Below are positions 36,701 to 45,526 of a stretch of 64,000 nt of DNA, piece by piece. The notes under the pieces are model-generated. The model made no database searches and had not been told where the DNA came from. It saw only the letters and a program-made list of their open reading frames with translations. The DNA comes from a virus (taxonomy: Duplodnaviria; Caudoviricetes). Each line of letters begins with the position of its first letter. Position 1 is the stretch's first letter. The position numbers were made by a program, and so were the translations under genes. The stretch lies in IMG/VR virus record IMGVR_UViG_3300011226_000001, positions 32,001 through 96,000 of that record. One strand, written 5' to 3'.

Positions 36701-36705
36701 GACAT
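33703..36705 (-). CDS. 1000-aa extremely acidic protein with several short helical modules
   Basis: AGGAG RBS; D/E tracts separated by ~35-aa helical units. Confidence 0.85.
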   Translation of the reverse strand: MSNNNLGAASSFGSETQKQISDEQRRANSAESGRVNKCTIVVLTSLNAHGRFSYMSADEQLHEKQIEGKVMDRLPSLIERASGQSTDQNSAYYILHPNNGVPTRIDERIKVGEGDAVIVSYTVNKAVSEMHGSLSLALFSAGESDLSDLAAEFGIHSISIVEESKAGTYIQALAAQVEALQTVNITSIDETDGALDKAVIDYSALPANPVTVLSGAVRTFIMQTISSEIVAAIPNNGELNVKQPTNATPVNLSEDFDAEDEVVDQQEAGDEEEVATGTDLFGYKAETLSVEQMTEALEAIGYDLTAMNEDGIRESFDTEQAIWLEKGDAGQSDDDAEDEEEDDEESEGFDAVQFLASVLVSEELDRTGLKILVRTQDLKVMKSDTVETLTAKLLELVEGATEEEMIETLNTFVGALQEHEIDCPNMLAALPSDEDEEEDDADEEEDGEEEEDEDDSEEEDEDSEEEEESEEETDEVQDQIDAVTDPLDYFQFTGGVLTAEQRAAAVEAMGEDVSAMSIVQVMKAFTRIQSQTSPIAVEEDTDVTSNEDELRALLSQYDEATVQHVAESLGILVDESETVDDMIEAILNGGSEDDFAAVEEIATNYGIDLSEVADGEDLDFVDALLAVLPAFLNDDEVADQDEDEEEDAEESEDEAEEADVSAVAENDHLKFVKTVDTTNRVGPMLTVDMDQTLIINFTLTDGNTYSPIESELSDINGFNYRYPFNLGKAGKAPGAMHLPAQSLLDIIERTSTTRFMADPKTFDVAAWAESLEQTLEEEISASLYAGRIEEGMDPSEAGLVVGDFIDDEEMQQASELGYLDEDQFAEMQGDHLPIASLYNAKSRVRPVQVDTAHVALHTTVMNVAVPGFWGDSDVSLLVQAAVNRVIALAGTVEGIKVYAGFTLESAALLNNDRLYDALTALRTMEGVQSYSAADAANFDDAEDVIEVASALDTRDLPLSILSGGLAAATFDNGGDLTVLVLCSPQEEESEENEDEDGEDE

Positions 36706-36732
36706 TTTGCGTTATCTCCTCAGATAAGTGGT

Positions 36733-38013
36733 TTACAGAGACCAGACGCGGCTTGCGTTTTTACGGTCGTATGTAAGGATAGACTTCTTCAAACTAGCAT
36801 TAACAGTATTGACGGTCGTGAATCCCCACGTAGTGAGTATCTTATTCACATCGTCAAGCCCAGACGACACTGACATGTACGTGGTGCGGTCCATGATAGT
36901 GCCACAATCGACAGCAGCAAACAGCGCTTTCGCAGCAGCGAACTTCTTCGCAGCTTTGTGGTTTTCTTTCTTTTCGAACTTGTCGAAGTCGTCCATGAAC
37001 TCTTTGCGCTCTTTGAAGAACGCCTCAGCTTTCTCTAACTTCTCCGCTTGTTCGGGTTTGAGAGTGCGCGTTGTCTTGCCATACTTCGATACGATCTCGT
37101 TCCAGTGTTTCGCTCGCTCGTTCAGTTCAGCACGTTTGTCCAGCAGCTCTTGATACTCAGGTGAGCGGCGGTCTGCGTACTTCTCGTCACTAAGCAGCGT
37201 CAGATACGGGTCGTCGTCGATTGCTTGCAACTCACGGAAGTTTTCAATTGCACTTCCTTCTTCCCAGTAGACAATGCCCATGACCATAGCGTACATGCTT
37301 TTGCCACGCAGCGCTTTCGACTTGAACTCTTTCGGTGCAGCTTTGAACTCAGGTCGTAACGCTACCTGCGCAAACGGCATCGGATAACCGAGCGGGCTTA
37401 TCATGAATGCGTCGCACATCGTGAACGTTGCTTTTTCATGATTCGTGTTCTGGTAGATGAACACGACAGGCACACCTTCAGGAACTTTCAGTTTCTTCGA
37501 GTAGCCTTCTTCTTTCAGATGAATGAAAGATTGCATGTTGAGCATGTTCGCAGTGTACGCAGCGGGCATCAGCCAGCGACTACCGGCGAAGCTATGACGA
37601 TGCTTGCGGTGATATTCGTTAATCAGTTTGCGGATATACTTGATACCCACACCCTTCTTATCGTTCTCACGCGAGTAGTCTTTCAGGTACACTGCGATAT
37701 CGTGTTGCTTCGGCACACCAAGGCCAAGCTCAAACAACGCAGCGAGACTGTCAGACGAACTCTTTGTTGCAGAGTCACGCACATCACGCACAAGGCGCTG
37801 CACAGTCGCAGAATGAATACGCGGTACGAACGCAGTTGTTATCGTACCACTGCGACGTTGCTCACCACGGTTCGTTACAGTGTGGCGAATCTCAATCGCG
37901 TGTTTCGACTTCTTCAAATAATCGGGGCAGTCAAGTCTCACCAAATATTTAGACTCAGCCACTGACAAGAGCAATTGCTTCTCGTCGTGGCTGAATACAT
38001 GATCATAAAACAT
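36733..38013 (-). CDS. hypothetical protein
   Basis: 426-aa ORF. Confidence 0.75.
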   Translation of the reverse strand: MFYDHVFSHDEKQLLLSVAESKYLVRLDCPDYLKKSKHAIEIRHTVTNRGEQRRSGTITTAFVPRIHSATVQRLVRDVRDSATKSSSDSLAALFELGLGVPKQHDIAVYLKDYSRENDKKGVGIKYIRKLINEYHRKHRHSFAGSRWLMPAAYTANMLNMQSFIHLKEEGYSKKLKVPEGVPVVFIYQNTNHEKATFTMCDAFMISPLGYPMPFAQVALRPEFKAAPKEFKSKALRGKSMYAMVMGIVYWEEGSAIENFRELQAIDDDPYLTLLSDEKYADRRSPEYQELLDKRAELNERAKHWNEIVSKYGKTTRTLKPEQAEKLEKAEAFFKERKEFMDDFDKFEKKENHKAAKKFAAAKALFAAVDCGTIMDRTTYMSVSSGLDDVNKILTTWGFTTVNTVNASLKKSILTYDRKNASRVWSL

Positions 38014-38464
38014 TGTATCCCTCTACTGTTTTCGCATCAGTCACAAACTGCGGGTAACCATCTGCTTCAACTGTTTTGAACAGGGAGTCGATGGCCGACT
38101 GGCTCAATGCGTTTTTCTGCACATGCTCCCAAGGAATCGCTACAACCTCGTCGCCAGCATAATCACTAGCAGAAGTATGGGGCATAATTAGTAAACCCAG
38201 CGATATCTTGTGCATTCTACAGAACGCATTAAGTTCTTTTACAGTTTTGTGCAACGCAGCTTGGTTCGCTGCATTTGCTTTGCCAGTGTCTGCGATAGAC
38301 GTCAGGTAATTATAGTTAGCAATGTTCAACAGCATTTGCTGACTGATAACAGTAGGGTCAACGCCGATAGTACCAAGAATAAATTCAGCTATCAGCTTTT
38401 GTGCTTCTTCTTGCGATGACGGCCTGTAGCCGCCGCGACTAATTACTACTTTTGACTTTTTCAT
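38003..38464 (-). CDS. hypothetical protein
   Basis: Start MKKSK with GGAG RBS, ATGA overlap. Confidence 0.7.
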   Translation of the reverse strand: MKKSKVVISRGGYRPSSQEEAQKLIAEFILGTIGVDPTVISQQMLLNIANYNYLTSIADTGKANAANQAALHKTVKELNAFCRMHKISLGLLIMPHTSASDYAGDEVVAIPWEHVQKNALSQSAIDSLFKTVEADGYPQFVTDAKTVEGYNVL

Positions 38465-38844
38465 GATGGCTCCCGAAGATTTGGTGCATAGCTGTTCCAC
38501 ACATTTTCGACGAGTGCTTGCCATTCAGTTTCTGACAAATGCTTGCCCGTGAGCTTGTGGTACTCACGAAAGAATTTCTTAGCGGGCAGTTTACTATCGG
38601 TGGCCCGTGATACATACAGTGCAGCAAGCGGTGGTCTGCCATGCGATATATCGACACGCATGGTTTCGCGCACTAATCCCCACAGCGCATCGTACTGCGC
38701 ACTACTAATCACGGACAGTTGAACGCCGAACACAATCGGCGCTAAGTCAGAGTAGAACACGTGGGTCTTCAATACTGCGGCTGTTAACAGCCGCGCGTAG
38801 AGTTGAGCAAACATGCCTGACAAAAGGATTTCGTTATTTGTCAT
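38461..38844 (-). CDS. hypothetical protein
   Basis: 127-aa coupled ORF. Confidence 0.7.
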   Translation of the reverse strand: MTNNEILLSGMFAQLYARLLTAAVLKTHVFYSDLAPIVFGVQLSVISSAQYDALWGLVRETMRVDISHGRPPLAALYVSRATDSKLPAKKFFREYHKLTGKHLSETEWQALVENVWNSYAPNLREPS

Positions 38845-40076
38845 ACAGCAGCATCCAGTTCAGAGTTAGTACCCAAGGTCAGGTTGAAGGTGTCTTGCAC
38901 GTTGGCATGTGCCATTACGCATTCGCTACCGTCTTTCTCGATGAAGACAGGGCCGGTCATGTCACACGCGACGAACATCAGTTCAACACCGTTCGGTTTA
39001 TAGCAGAGCAGACCACGCTTCACATCAGCAGGTGCAATGCCCAGCTTCTTGGCGATGATTGCTTTCGATTCTTTTATGTGCGCTTTCGCTGCGGCCATTT
39101 CTTTCTTAGGCGGCTTAATGAGTTTGATAGTCATTTTGCGCACACGCTTGGTCTGTTCTTTCTCAGAAGCGTAGGTCGGCACAGCAAGTTTGCGCTTCGC
39201 TTTCTTCTCTTTCACTTTCGGGTTCTCAATAGATTTGTCGAGTGACAGCTTGAGATTACCCAGCAGCGTTTGCATCGCAACGTCGTAGAATTTCACGTCG
39301 AGGTCAAGCGCACTCAGTACGCGCTCAATCTGCGCTTTGTTCAGCGTCAACGCACCGTCTTGAATCAGACGTTTCAGCGCGATAGGCATCTGCTTGATGA
39401 ACGTGTCTTGCGTCACGGTCGCGTTCAGTTTGTTCATGGCAGATTGTGCAGCTTTGCGTCCCATGTGCTTAATCACACCCCTACCGCCATGCTTCTTCAC
39501 ATCTTTCCAGTCCATGTCAAACGCTTCGCTCAACATCTTGCGACGGTCTTTCGTAGTCGCGTCGGCGATGGTTGCGTCGATGATGCCCGCCAGTTCAGCT
39601 TTGCGATCAACTTTATCAGACGGCAGCATGTCGATTTCGTCTTTAGACGCGGCGACTTCTGCTTTACGCTCTTTCTTAGAGCGAGTGTCTTTGTTGCGTT
39701 CGCGTGTCGCTTTCACACCGCCTTTCTGCTTCGCAGCTTTCACAGCAGCAGGCTTGCCTGTCTCAGGGTCGATATACACCAAAGAGCTAAAGTCAGGCTT
39801 GATTGCGTCAAGGTCGATTTCGTTGTTACGCAGATCTTTTTGCAGGCGCTTGTTCAGCTTCACGCTGATACCGTCAATCAGAACGTGCTCAGTTTTCGCA
39901 TACGGCGACTCAATCTCTTTCAGAGTTTTGCCAGCAAGCACAATACGCTTCACTGGAATCTGCGGACCTTTAGCGTCGGTGCTATAACCATTAGCGTTCA
40001 CTTTGTTGATGAAAGTGATAGTACCGTCCAGACGACGAACACGGGCATTCAACAGGTTTGCATTTGCGTTTGACAT
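38841..40076 (-). CDS. basic hypothetical protein, paralogue of 40163..41761
   Basis: GAGGA RBS; N- and C-terminal domains shared with the neighbour. Confidence 0.8.
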   Translation of the reverse strand: MSNANANLLNARVRRLDGTITFINKVNANGYSTDAKGPQIPVKRIVLAGKTLKEIESPYAKTEHVLIDGISVKLNKRLQKDLRNNEIDLDAIKPDFSSLVYIDPETGKPAAVKAAKQKGGVKATRERNKDTRSKKERKAEVAASKDEIDMLPSDKVDRKAELAGIIDATIADATTKDRRKMLSEAFDMDWKDVKKHGGRGVIKHMGRKAAQSAMNKLNATVTQDTFIKQMPIALKRLIQDGALTLNKAQIERVLSALDLDVKFYDVAMQTLLGNLKLSLDKSIENPKVKEKKAKRKLAVPTYASEKEQTKRVRKMTIKLIKPPKKEMAAAKAHIKESKAIIAKKLGIAPADVKRGLLCYKPNGVELMFVACDMTGPVFIEKDGSECVMAHANVQDTFNLTLGTNSELDAAV

Positions 40077-40162
40077 AGTGTGATTCCTCAATCAGCTTAG
40101 TTGTCAGATATGCGGCTCTGTATGAACCGCATCTTGTTTCAGTGTTACAGTGTTACGACAGA

Positions 40163-41761
40163 TTACTTCAGGAGCTTACGCAGCTGGGCAGCAGTCATTT
40201 TGTCTGCTTTGCGCGGCGTAGTCAGACCCGCTTCGACAGCGCGGTCACGCAGTTCGTCTTCGGTCAGGTCTTCGAGGTCTTCGGTTGGTGCGTCGTCAAA
40301 TTCGAAGTCTTCTTCGTCTTCTTCTTCCTCACCGTCTTCGTCTTCGAAGTCAACGTTGTTATCGTCTTCTTCTTCGCCGTCTTCTTCGGCGTCTTCTTCG
40401 CTTTCGCCACTATCGATCACAGGGCTAAAGTCGGTCAGCGTTTTGATATCAGCTTTGCTGTAGACCAGAACGTTGTCGTCTTCGTCTTCTGCGTCAACGT
40501 CGATTACCAGCAGCCCGCCTTTGCTATCGCAGCCCAGGTAAGCAAAAGTCGTATCGCCGTCAGTCAGCATCAGGCCAGGGGCAAGCGCTTCTTCGTCTAC
40601 ACCGAAACGTTCGGCGAGTGCAGCGTGATACTTCGCGGTCACTTTCTTGTTGACCAGTTCGAGTTGTTCCGCTTCGACAGCAACGAACTCGTACTCTTGC
40701 GCATCACCCTCTTCTTCTTCGCCGTCTTCTTCTTCGGCGTCTTCTTCTTCGGCGTCTTCTTCTTCGACTTCTTCCTCTTCTTCTTCTTCGACTTCTTCCT
40801 CTTCTTCTTCGACTTCTTCTTCTTCGCTTTCATCAGCGACGATTTCGAAGTCGGACAGCTTGTCGGCGCCGAATGATTTGAAGCCGTCAGTGTCTGCGCT
40901 ATACATCAGCGCTTTACCTGCGTGTTTCGCAGATTCACCCACGAACACGAACTCAGCATCACCGCTAGTCAATACAGTACCCGGCAACAGGTCGTTCGCA
41001 TCGTCGAGGTCGAACGCAGCTTTGATTGCTTTCGCCAGCACTTTGCCAATCTTCTTAGACGCGAGCTTGGCGGCACGTTTCGCAACAGCTTCGTCCAGCT
41101 CAGGAGCAACAGCAGTGTCTTTCACAGGTTTCGCGTATTGCAGGCTCAACGTGATCTGCATTGTGTTGTTCTCTTCGGCGTATTCAGCACCGTAAGCAAC
41201 AGACACAGCGTTAGCGATCGGCGTTTTGTTGTCTGCGCACACTTTCGCAATTTCGCTGTTTTCAAGCAGCGCCACCAGACGTTTTGCCACAGTATCGGTC
41301 AGCGCTTCGTCTACAGTTTCGATTTCAACTGCGGGTTTAGCTTTGCCGCCTTTGATGATAGCGTGTGCCAGATTCTGATAATCTTCGGACTGTTCTTCGG
41401 AAGATTTACGACGAACTTTCGGTTCTTTCTCTTTCGATACTTTGCCAGCAGTCTTCTTACCAGAAGTCTTAGGCGCTTTCTCTTTCACTGCGTCTTTCTT
41501 GCCGGTAGCTTTCTTGCCGGTAGCTTTCGCTTCTTTCAGCTTAACGTAACCTTCGCCTGTGTCTTCGAGCTGGCTCATGTTCATACGTTCGATCTCACGG
41601 AAGTGAGAACCCTCTTTGATAACGCAGCGGGTTGCGATACGTTTGCTCTGACCTTTCACCTTGTAGCCGGACGCGATAGCATCTTCGATTTTAGATTTGG
41701 TGCCGTTCAGCAGGATGATAGTTTTGCCAACCAGGTTAGAGTTAGTTTCGATACGTGCCAT
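40163..41761 (-). CDS. acidic multidomain hypothetical protein
   Basis: GAGGAG RBS; duplicated internal domain; D/E tracts; C-terminal helical module. Confidence 0.85.
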   Translation of the reverse strand: MARIETNSNLVGKTIILLNGTKSKIEDAIASGYKVKGQSKRIATRCVIKEGSHFREIERMNMSQLEDTGEGYVKLKEAKATGKKATGKKDAVKEKAPKTSGKKTAGKVSKEKEPKVRRKSSEEQSEDYQNLAHAIIKGGKAKPAVEIETVDEALTDTVAKRLVALLENSEIAKVCADNKTPIANAVSVAYGAEYAEENNTMQITLSLQYAKPVKDTAVAPELDEAVAKRAAKLASKKIGKVLAKAIKAAFDLDDANDLLPGTVLTSGDAEFVFVGESAKHAGKALMYSADTDGFKSFGADKLSDFEIVADESEEEEVEEEEEEVEEEEEEEVEEEDAEEEDAEEEDGEEEEGDAQEYEFVAVEAEQLELVNKKVTAKYHAALAERFGVDEEALAPGLMLTDGDTTFAYLGCDSKGGLLVIDVDAEDEDDNVLVYSKADIKTLTDFSPVIDSGESEEDAEEDGEEEDDNNVDFEDEDGEEEEDEEDFEFDDAPTEDLEDLTEDELRDRAVEAGLTTPRKADKMTAAQLRKLLK

Positions 41762-41818
41762 GATTAATACTCCTCAGTATATGTGTTTTGTATGCGACGC
41801 ACTATTGCGTCTGTATCT

Positions 41819-41872
41819 ATTATAGCATAGGTCGCTTTCAGATAGCAACCACGATTTTGTCCAGATTTCTGC
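41819..41872 (-). promoter_or_regulatory. sigma70-like promoter with upstream CTGGACAAAA box
   Basis: CTGGACAAAA..TTGCTA..TGCTATAAT. Confidence 0.75.
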
Positions 41873-41924
41873 ATACTTCGCAGATAGCAGGGCAGCTATA
41901 TTTCACTACCCTGCTCGTTATTGC

Positions 41925-42374
41925 TTAGTGAGTCTCGCCTCTCATGATAGCTCGCACAAGTGACGCTCTATCGTCGAAGCCCTCTTCGTCAGGCTGTAAG
42001 AAGTCGTTACGCTGCGCGAAACCTTGTAGCTCAGGCAACGTCCACGTATCATACTCAGACGTGGGCTCGTCGTTCGGTACAACACGTTTCGCGCTCAGTG
42101 TCGTCCAGTTCTTTGCCACTTCATACGACATGAAGATAAACATGCCAGCGTCATATCGTGCCATCAACCAGTCAATTTGCTGTAGCTCAACGACAAGCTG
42201 TTCGACATAACTTTCAGGCAGCAGACGCGAATGCCCAGATATGCGGCGTATCGCGGTGTCTGACATTTTGAAGCGCGGTAGCGTGTGCTCGTGCGACTTC
42301 TCATGAGAATAAAGAGAAACGTTTTCGATGATCATTGCAGCAGTTTCGGCTGCGGGACGAATTGAAGAGGTCAT
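41925..42374 (-). CDS. hypothetical protein with C-terminal HeH-like module
   Basis: YDTWTLPELQGFAQ..DRASLVRAI. Confidence 0.7.
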   Translation of the reverse strand: MTSSIRPAAETAAMIIENVSLYSHEKSHEHTLPRFKMSDTAIRRISGHSRLLPESYVEQLVVELQQIDWLMARYDAGMFIFMSYEVAKNWTTLSAKRVVPNDEPTSEYDTWTLPELQGFAQRNDFLQPDEEGFDDRASLVRAIMRGETH

Positions 42375-42988
42375 TATTCTTCGCCCTCTTCTTCTACATG
42401 AGATTCGTCTTCGTCGTCATATTCGACGTTCTCAGGAATCTCGTCTACATCGTCGCCGCCGTTATCCAGCAGCACCTCACTTGAGGTTGTTATAGCAGGA
42501 GACGTTGCGCCTGTTCTGTCAACTGAGATATCCGCGCGAAGCACAGGCGTGCTGTTTTCCGGTAGACGCACGAAGATCCAATCTGGACTGTCATGCTCTA
42601 CGTACACCCACTGACCAAACTCGTTCCAGATCTCGTTATACACGAGGACGTCATTAATGAGCGTCGGGATCTTAGTGAAGCGTGTATTCTTGAGGTCACG
42701 CAAGGCACCTTCAATCTTACGACGCGACACTTTGATGATGCCACTAGATGCAGCAGTGTGTTCAGCGTGACCGATATCTGCTTTCCACGCTGAGAGGATT
42801 GCGTGTACGAGATTGTACACACGTTCTTCATCGCGCATCTTCGGCGCCGCGTCACGACGAGCAACCCATTCTTTTTTACTCAGATTCGGTTTCTGAGATT
42901 CTCTTTCGTCACGCTCTTTTGCGGACTTAGGTTTAACAGAAGACGGACCACGCGGAGTACGTTTAGCAGCTACTTTAGTATTTGACAT
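42374..42988 (-). CDS. hypothetical protein (basic N-terminus, acidic C-terminus)
   Basis: AAGGA RBS. Confidence 0.75.
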   Translation of the reverse strand: MSNTKVAAKRTPRGPSSVKPKSAKERDERESQKPNLSKKEWVARRDAAPKMRDEERVYNLVHAILSAWKADIGHAEHTAASSGIIKVSRRKIEGALRDLKNTRFTKIPTLINDVLVYNEIWNEFGQWVYVEHDSPDWIFVRLPENSTPVLRADISVDRTGATSPAITTSSEVLLDNGGDDVDEIPENVEYDDEDESHVEEEGEE

Positions 42989-43193
42989 ATCAATTTCCTT
43001 TGCGGTTTAGCATGAGAGCACACAAGGCGGAAACCGCGTAAAGCCCGGTGCGCTCAAAGGGTATCGAACCCTTTTTAAAGCAGCCTCACAGGAAGCGACT
43101 TTAAAAAGGACCGTGTGTCCGGGAAAACGAAAAACACACGGTCAAGCATTAACAAAGGCATATAGCAGAGAGAACGTGTCTCACTGTCTATAT

Positions 43194-43247
43194 AGTATAG
43201 CTTAGGGTGCTATTCTGATACAACCCTCATTTTGTCCAGATTTTTGC
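43194..43247 (-). promoter_or_regulatory. sigma70-like promoter with upstream CTGGACAAAA box
   Basis: CTGGACAAAA..TTGTAT..TATACT. Confidence 0.75.
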
Positions 43248-43460
43248 TTAGTAGCCGCTCGACATAAGCAGTCTGATACAGTCTTGTCGGCTGTAGTCGT
43301 CTACGTCGTCGTTTTCGACAAAGACTAGACCATTCTCTAACAGTGCATTGCGTAGGTCGTCGTCTGACCAATCGTCATAACGTGCTTCACGCGCATTATA
43401 ACGTTGTTCTTCGGAGGCAGCTATCTGACCGTTGATTTCGTCTTGCGTCGATCTTCCCAT
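43248..43460 (-). CDS. small acidic HeH-like protein
   Basis: Start MGRSTQD (TGATG coupling); YDDWSDDDLRNAL..SRQDCIRLL. Confidence 0.65.
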   Translation of the reverse strand: MGRSTQDEINGQIAASEEQRYNAREARYDDWSDDDLRNALLENGLVFVENDDVDDYSRQDCIRLLMSSGY

Positions 43461-43921
43461 CAGTAGCCTCTGCACTCGCACACTTGCTGGTGACAGTTAC
43501 GACAGACGCCATCTTCATCGAGATTCTGCCACCCATTTTCGTCAGTCTGATCGTCATCGTTCAGATTGCCAGGACGTTCTTCCATAGTGTCGAGATCTTC
43601 GTCGTCATGTTCACATTCACAATCTTCGACACGCTGATCACATTCGGGACATGTACCGAAGTCTTCTGGGTCTTCTTCGAAGTCATCGTCAGGGTCAGCA
43701 GCAATTGTCTGGACAGACGCGACCTCAGCTTCAACTTCTGGCGACATTTCGGTCATCAGAGTACGGAACTCGTCGAACGTCAGACCGACTTGACGCAACG
43801 CAGTTTCAATCAAATGCTTGCCCTCGTCTTCGTCATCATGACCAAAGACTTCAACTACACCCGCGAGTGCGCCACCCATGAGAATGACCTGAGCGTCTTT
43901 GCTTACATCGTTAAACTTCAT
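43460..43921 (-). CDS. acidic protein with two CxxC-x4/5-CxC motifs
   Basis: CPECDQRVEDCEC and CRNCHQQVCEC; AGGAGG RBS. Confidence 0.75.
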   Translation of the reverse strand: MKFNDVSKDAQVILMGGALAGVVEVFGHDDEDEGKHLIETALRQVGLTFDEFRTLMTEMSPEVEAEVASVQTIAADPDDDFEEDPEDFGTCPECDQRVEDCECEHDDEDLDTMEERPGNLNDDDQTDENGWQNLDEDGVCRNCHQQVCECRGY

Positions 43922-44058
43922 AACAGCCTCCTGTTTGTTTTGGGTTCTTTCTGCAACGCACTAAAGGTACGTTCTAAAAAGGACCCGCACCGTCACGCCT
44001 CTGCGAGGGGCGCCTCGTTGGGGTGAGCATTTCTGGACGGGCGAGCCAAACTGGATTG

Positions 44059-44250
44059 TTAGTGCATATTCGTCAACTTGATTGTGATAACGCGGCCGCG
44101 CTTGGTCGTTTCCACTTCCCGCTTCTTGTATGTGAGACACAGACAATCAAGCGTGAACGTTAAGTCGGGCACTACGTCTTTCTGGCGTTCTTCAATAACA
44201 AGCTCGCCGCGTTGTCTCAACTCTTTGATCATTTCGTTTGTGGTTTTCAT
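44059..44250 (-). CDS. hypothetical protein
   Basis: 63-aa coupled ORF. Confidence 0.6.
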   Translation of the reverse strand: MKTTNEMIKELRQRGELVIEERQKDVVPDLTFTLDCLCLTYKKREVETTKRGRVITIKLTNMH

Positions 44251-44936
44251 TAGAAGTATTTGTCCTTCGCATCAGGTGCGAGTGGCAGTTCAATGTCAGA
44301 ATCGACGCCCACTTCAAGGCTATGTACCTCGCTAACTTCTTCGTCTGTCAGCGTCACTGCCCAGTCTTCTGCGCGATACCCCCAACTGCTAATCATCATA
44401 CGGTCAGTAGCAGGGTCGATGGTTTCCAGATCGTGAAACTCGTCGTCGAAGTCTTCATCTTCATCTTCGTCTTCATCGTCCCACTCGTCGTCTTCCATGT
44501 TAGAGTCAGCACACTCGACCACGACTGCTTTAAGCTCACGCACTAGATCAGCAACGATATCACAGTCAATGCGAATCTCGCTAATCATAGGGCCTTCTAC
44601 ATCGAACATGGTGCGAACGTCTACAGGCACAGAGAGACTAACAGCAGCGCCTTGCGCACGTAACATCAGGCACACTGAGTAGTAGTTCATGATTGTGTCC
44701 AGAGACACGAACTTGCGAACGCGATGCACCACCAGATGTTCAACGGTGCGAGTACCATCACGCCACAGCACATCGACTTCTTTCACGTCAGGTGATTTGT
44801 GCGCTTTTTCAAATGCACCATATAACTTGCTTGGCGTGAACTCAGCAAGCAAGTCATCGTCGTACACAAAAGCAAAATGATCAGGATTGACTTTGCTTCG
44901 TTTCAGTAGAGTGTAGTCAGGTTTCATGTTATTCAC
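44250..44936 (-). CDS. hypothetical acidic protein
   Basis: 228-aa ORF. Confidence 0.7.
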   Translation of the reverse strand: MNNMKPDYTLLKRSKVNPDHFAFVYDDDLLAEFTPSKLYGAFEKAHKSPDVKEVDVLWRDGTRTVEHLVVHRVRKFVSLDTIMNYYSVCLMLRAQGAAVSLSVPVDVRTMFDVEGPMISEIRIDCDIVADLVRELKAVVVECADSNMEDDEWDDEDEDEDEDFDDEFHDLETIDPATDRMMISSWGYRAEDWAVTLTDEEVSEVHSLEVGVDSDIELPLAPDAKDKYF

Positions 44937-45390
44937 CTTTAAGGTTCATAGTGTAGTTTTTCTTGCTGTAACGGAAGCAAACTTTATCAACCGTACCAGC
45001 AAGCCCGTCATAACCAATCATGAACAGGCGTCCTGAACAAATCGCTAAGTCCATCAGCGAATGACCTTCTTCGTTCGCTTCGGCGACAGTAAGAATAGCA
45101 TCGCAGATTTCCATCTGCTTTTCTTTGTCGATATCGTTCGCAATGAACTCGCCGCCGTCAGTCGATTCATTCAGGTTGAATGAGATCTTGCATGGCTTGC
45201 TGTTGTGAACGAAACGCATCTCAGGAATCGGGCCACCGAGTTGGTTACACACGGTCAGATACAACCGAAGACCCGCAGCACAAACGTCGATCCATTCAGG
45301 TTTCAGTTCGATAACTTTCTGGACAGCGGCGTCCATCATGCGGTCCTGCAATTCTATATCAGCTAAAGTTGCTTTCGTTTCGTTCAGCAT
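44929..45390 (-). CDS. hypothetical protein
   Basis: GAGGAG RBS downstream of a promoter. Confidence 0.75.
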   Translation of the reverse strand: MLNETKATLADIELQDRMMDAAVQKVIELKPEWIDVCAAGLRLYLTVCNQLGGPIPEMRFVHNSKPCKISFNLNESTDGGEFIANDIDKEKQMEICDAILTVAEANEEGHSLMDLAICSGRLFMIGYDGLAGTVDKVCFRYSKKNYTMNLKGE

Positions 45391-45443
45391 TTTGTTGTCT
45401 CCTCAGACATAAGTTAAAAAAGCGCAGCACAAGCTACGCTTTT

Positions 45444-45497
45444 AGTATATCACAGGGAGGCATCAGATTGATAGCCTCATTTTGTCCAGATTTTTGC
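45444..45497 (-). promoter_or_regulatory. sigma70-like promoter with upstream CTGGACAAAA box
   Basis: CTGGACAAAA..TGTGATATACT. Confidence 0.7.
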
Positions 45498-45526
45498 TTA
45501 CTTGAGCTATATGCGCTTCGTCCACA

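Noticed and set aside
43056-43074. tRNA gene suggested by GGTTCGATACC
   Set aside because: No matching acceptor stem, D-arm or anticodon arm; kept only as a structured-leader finding.
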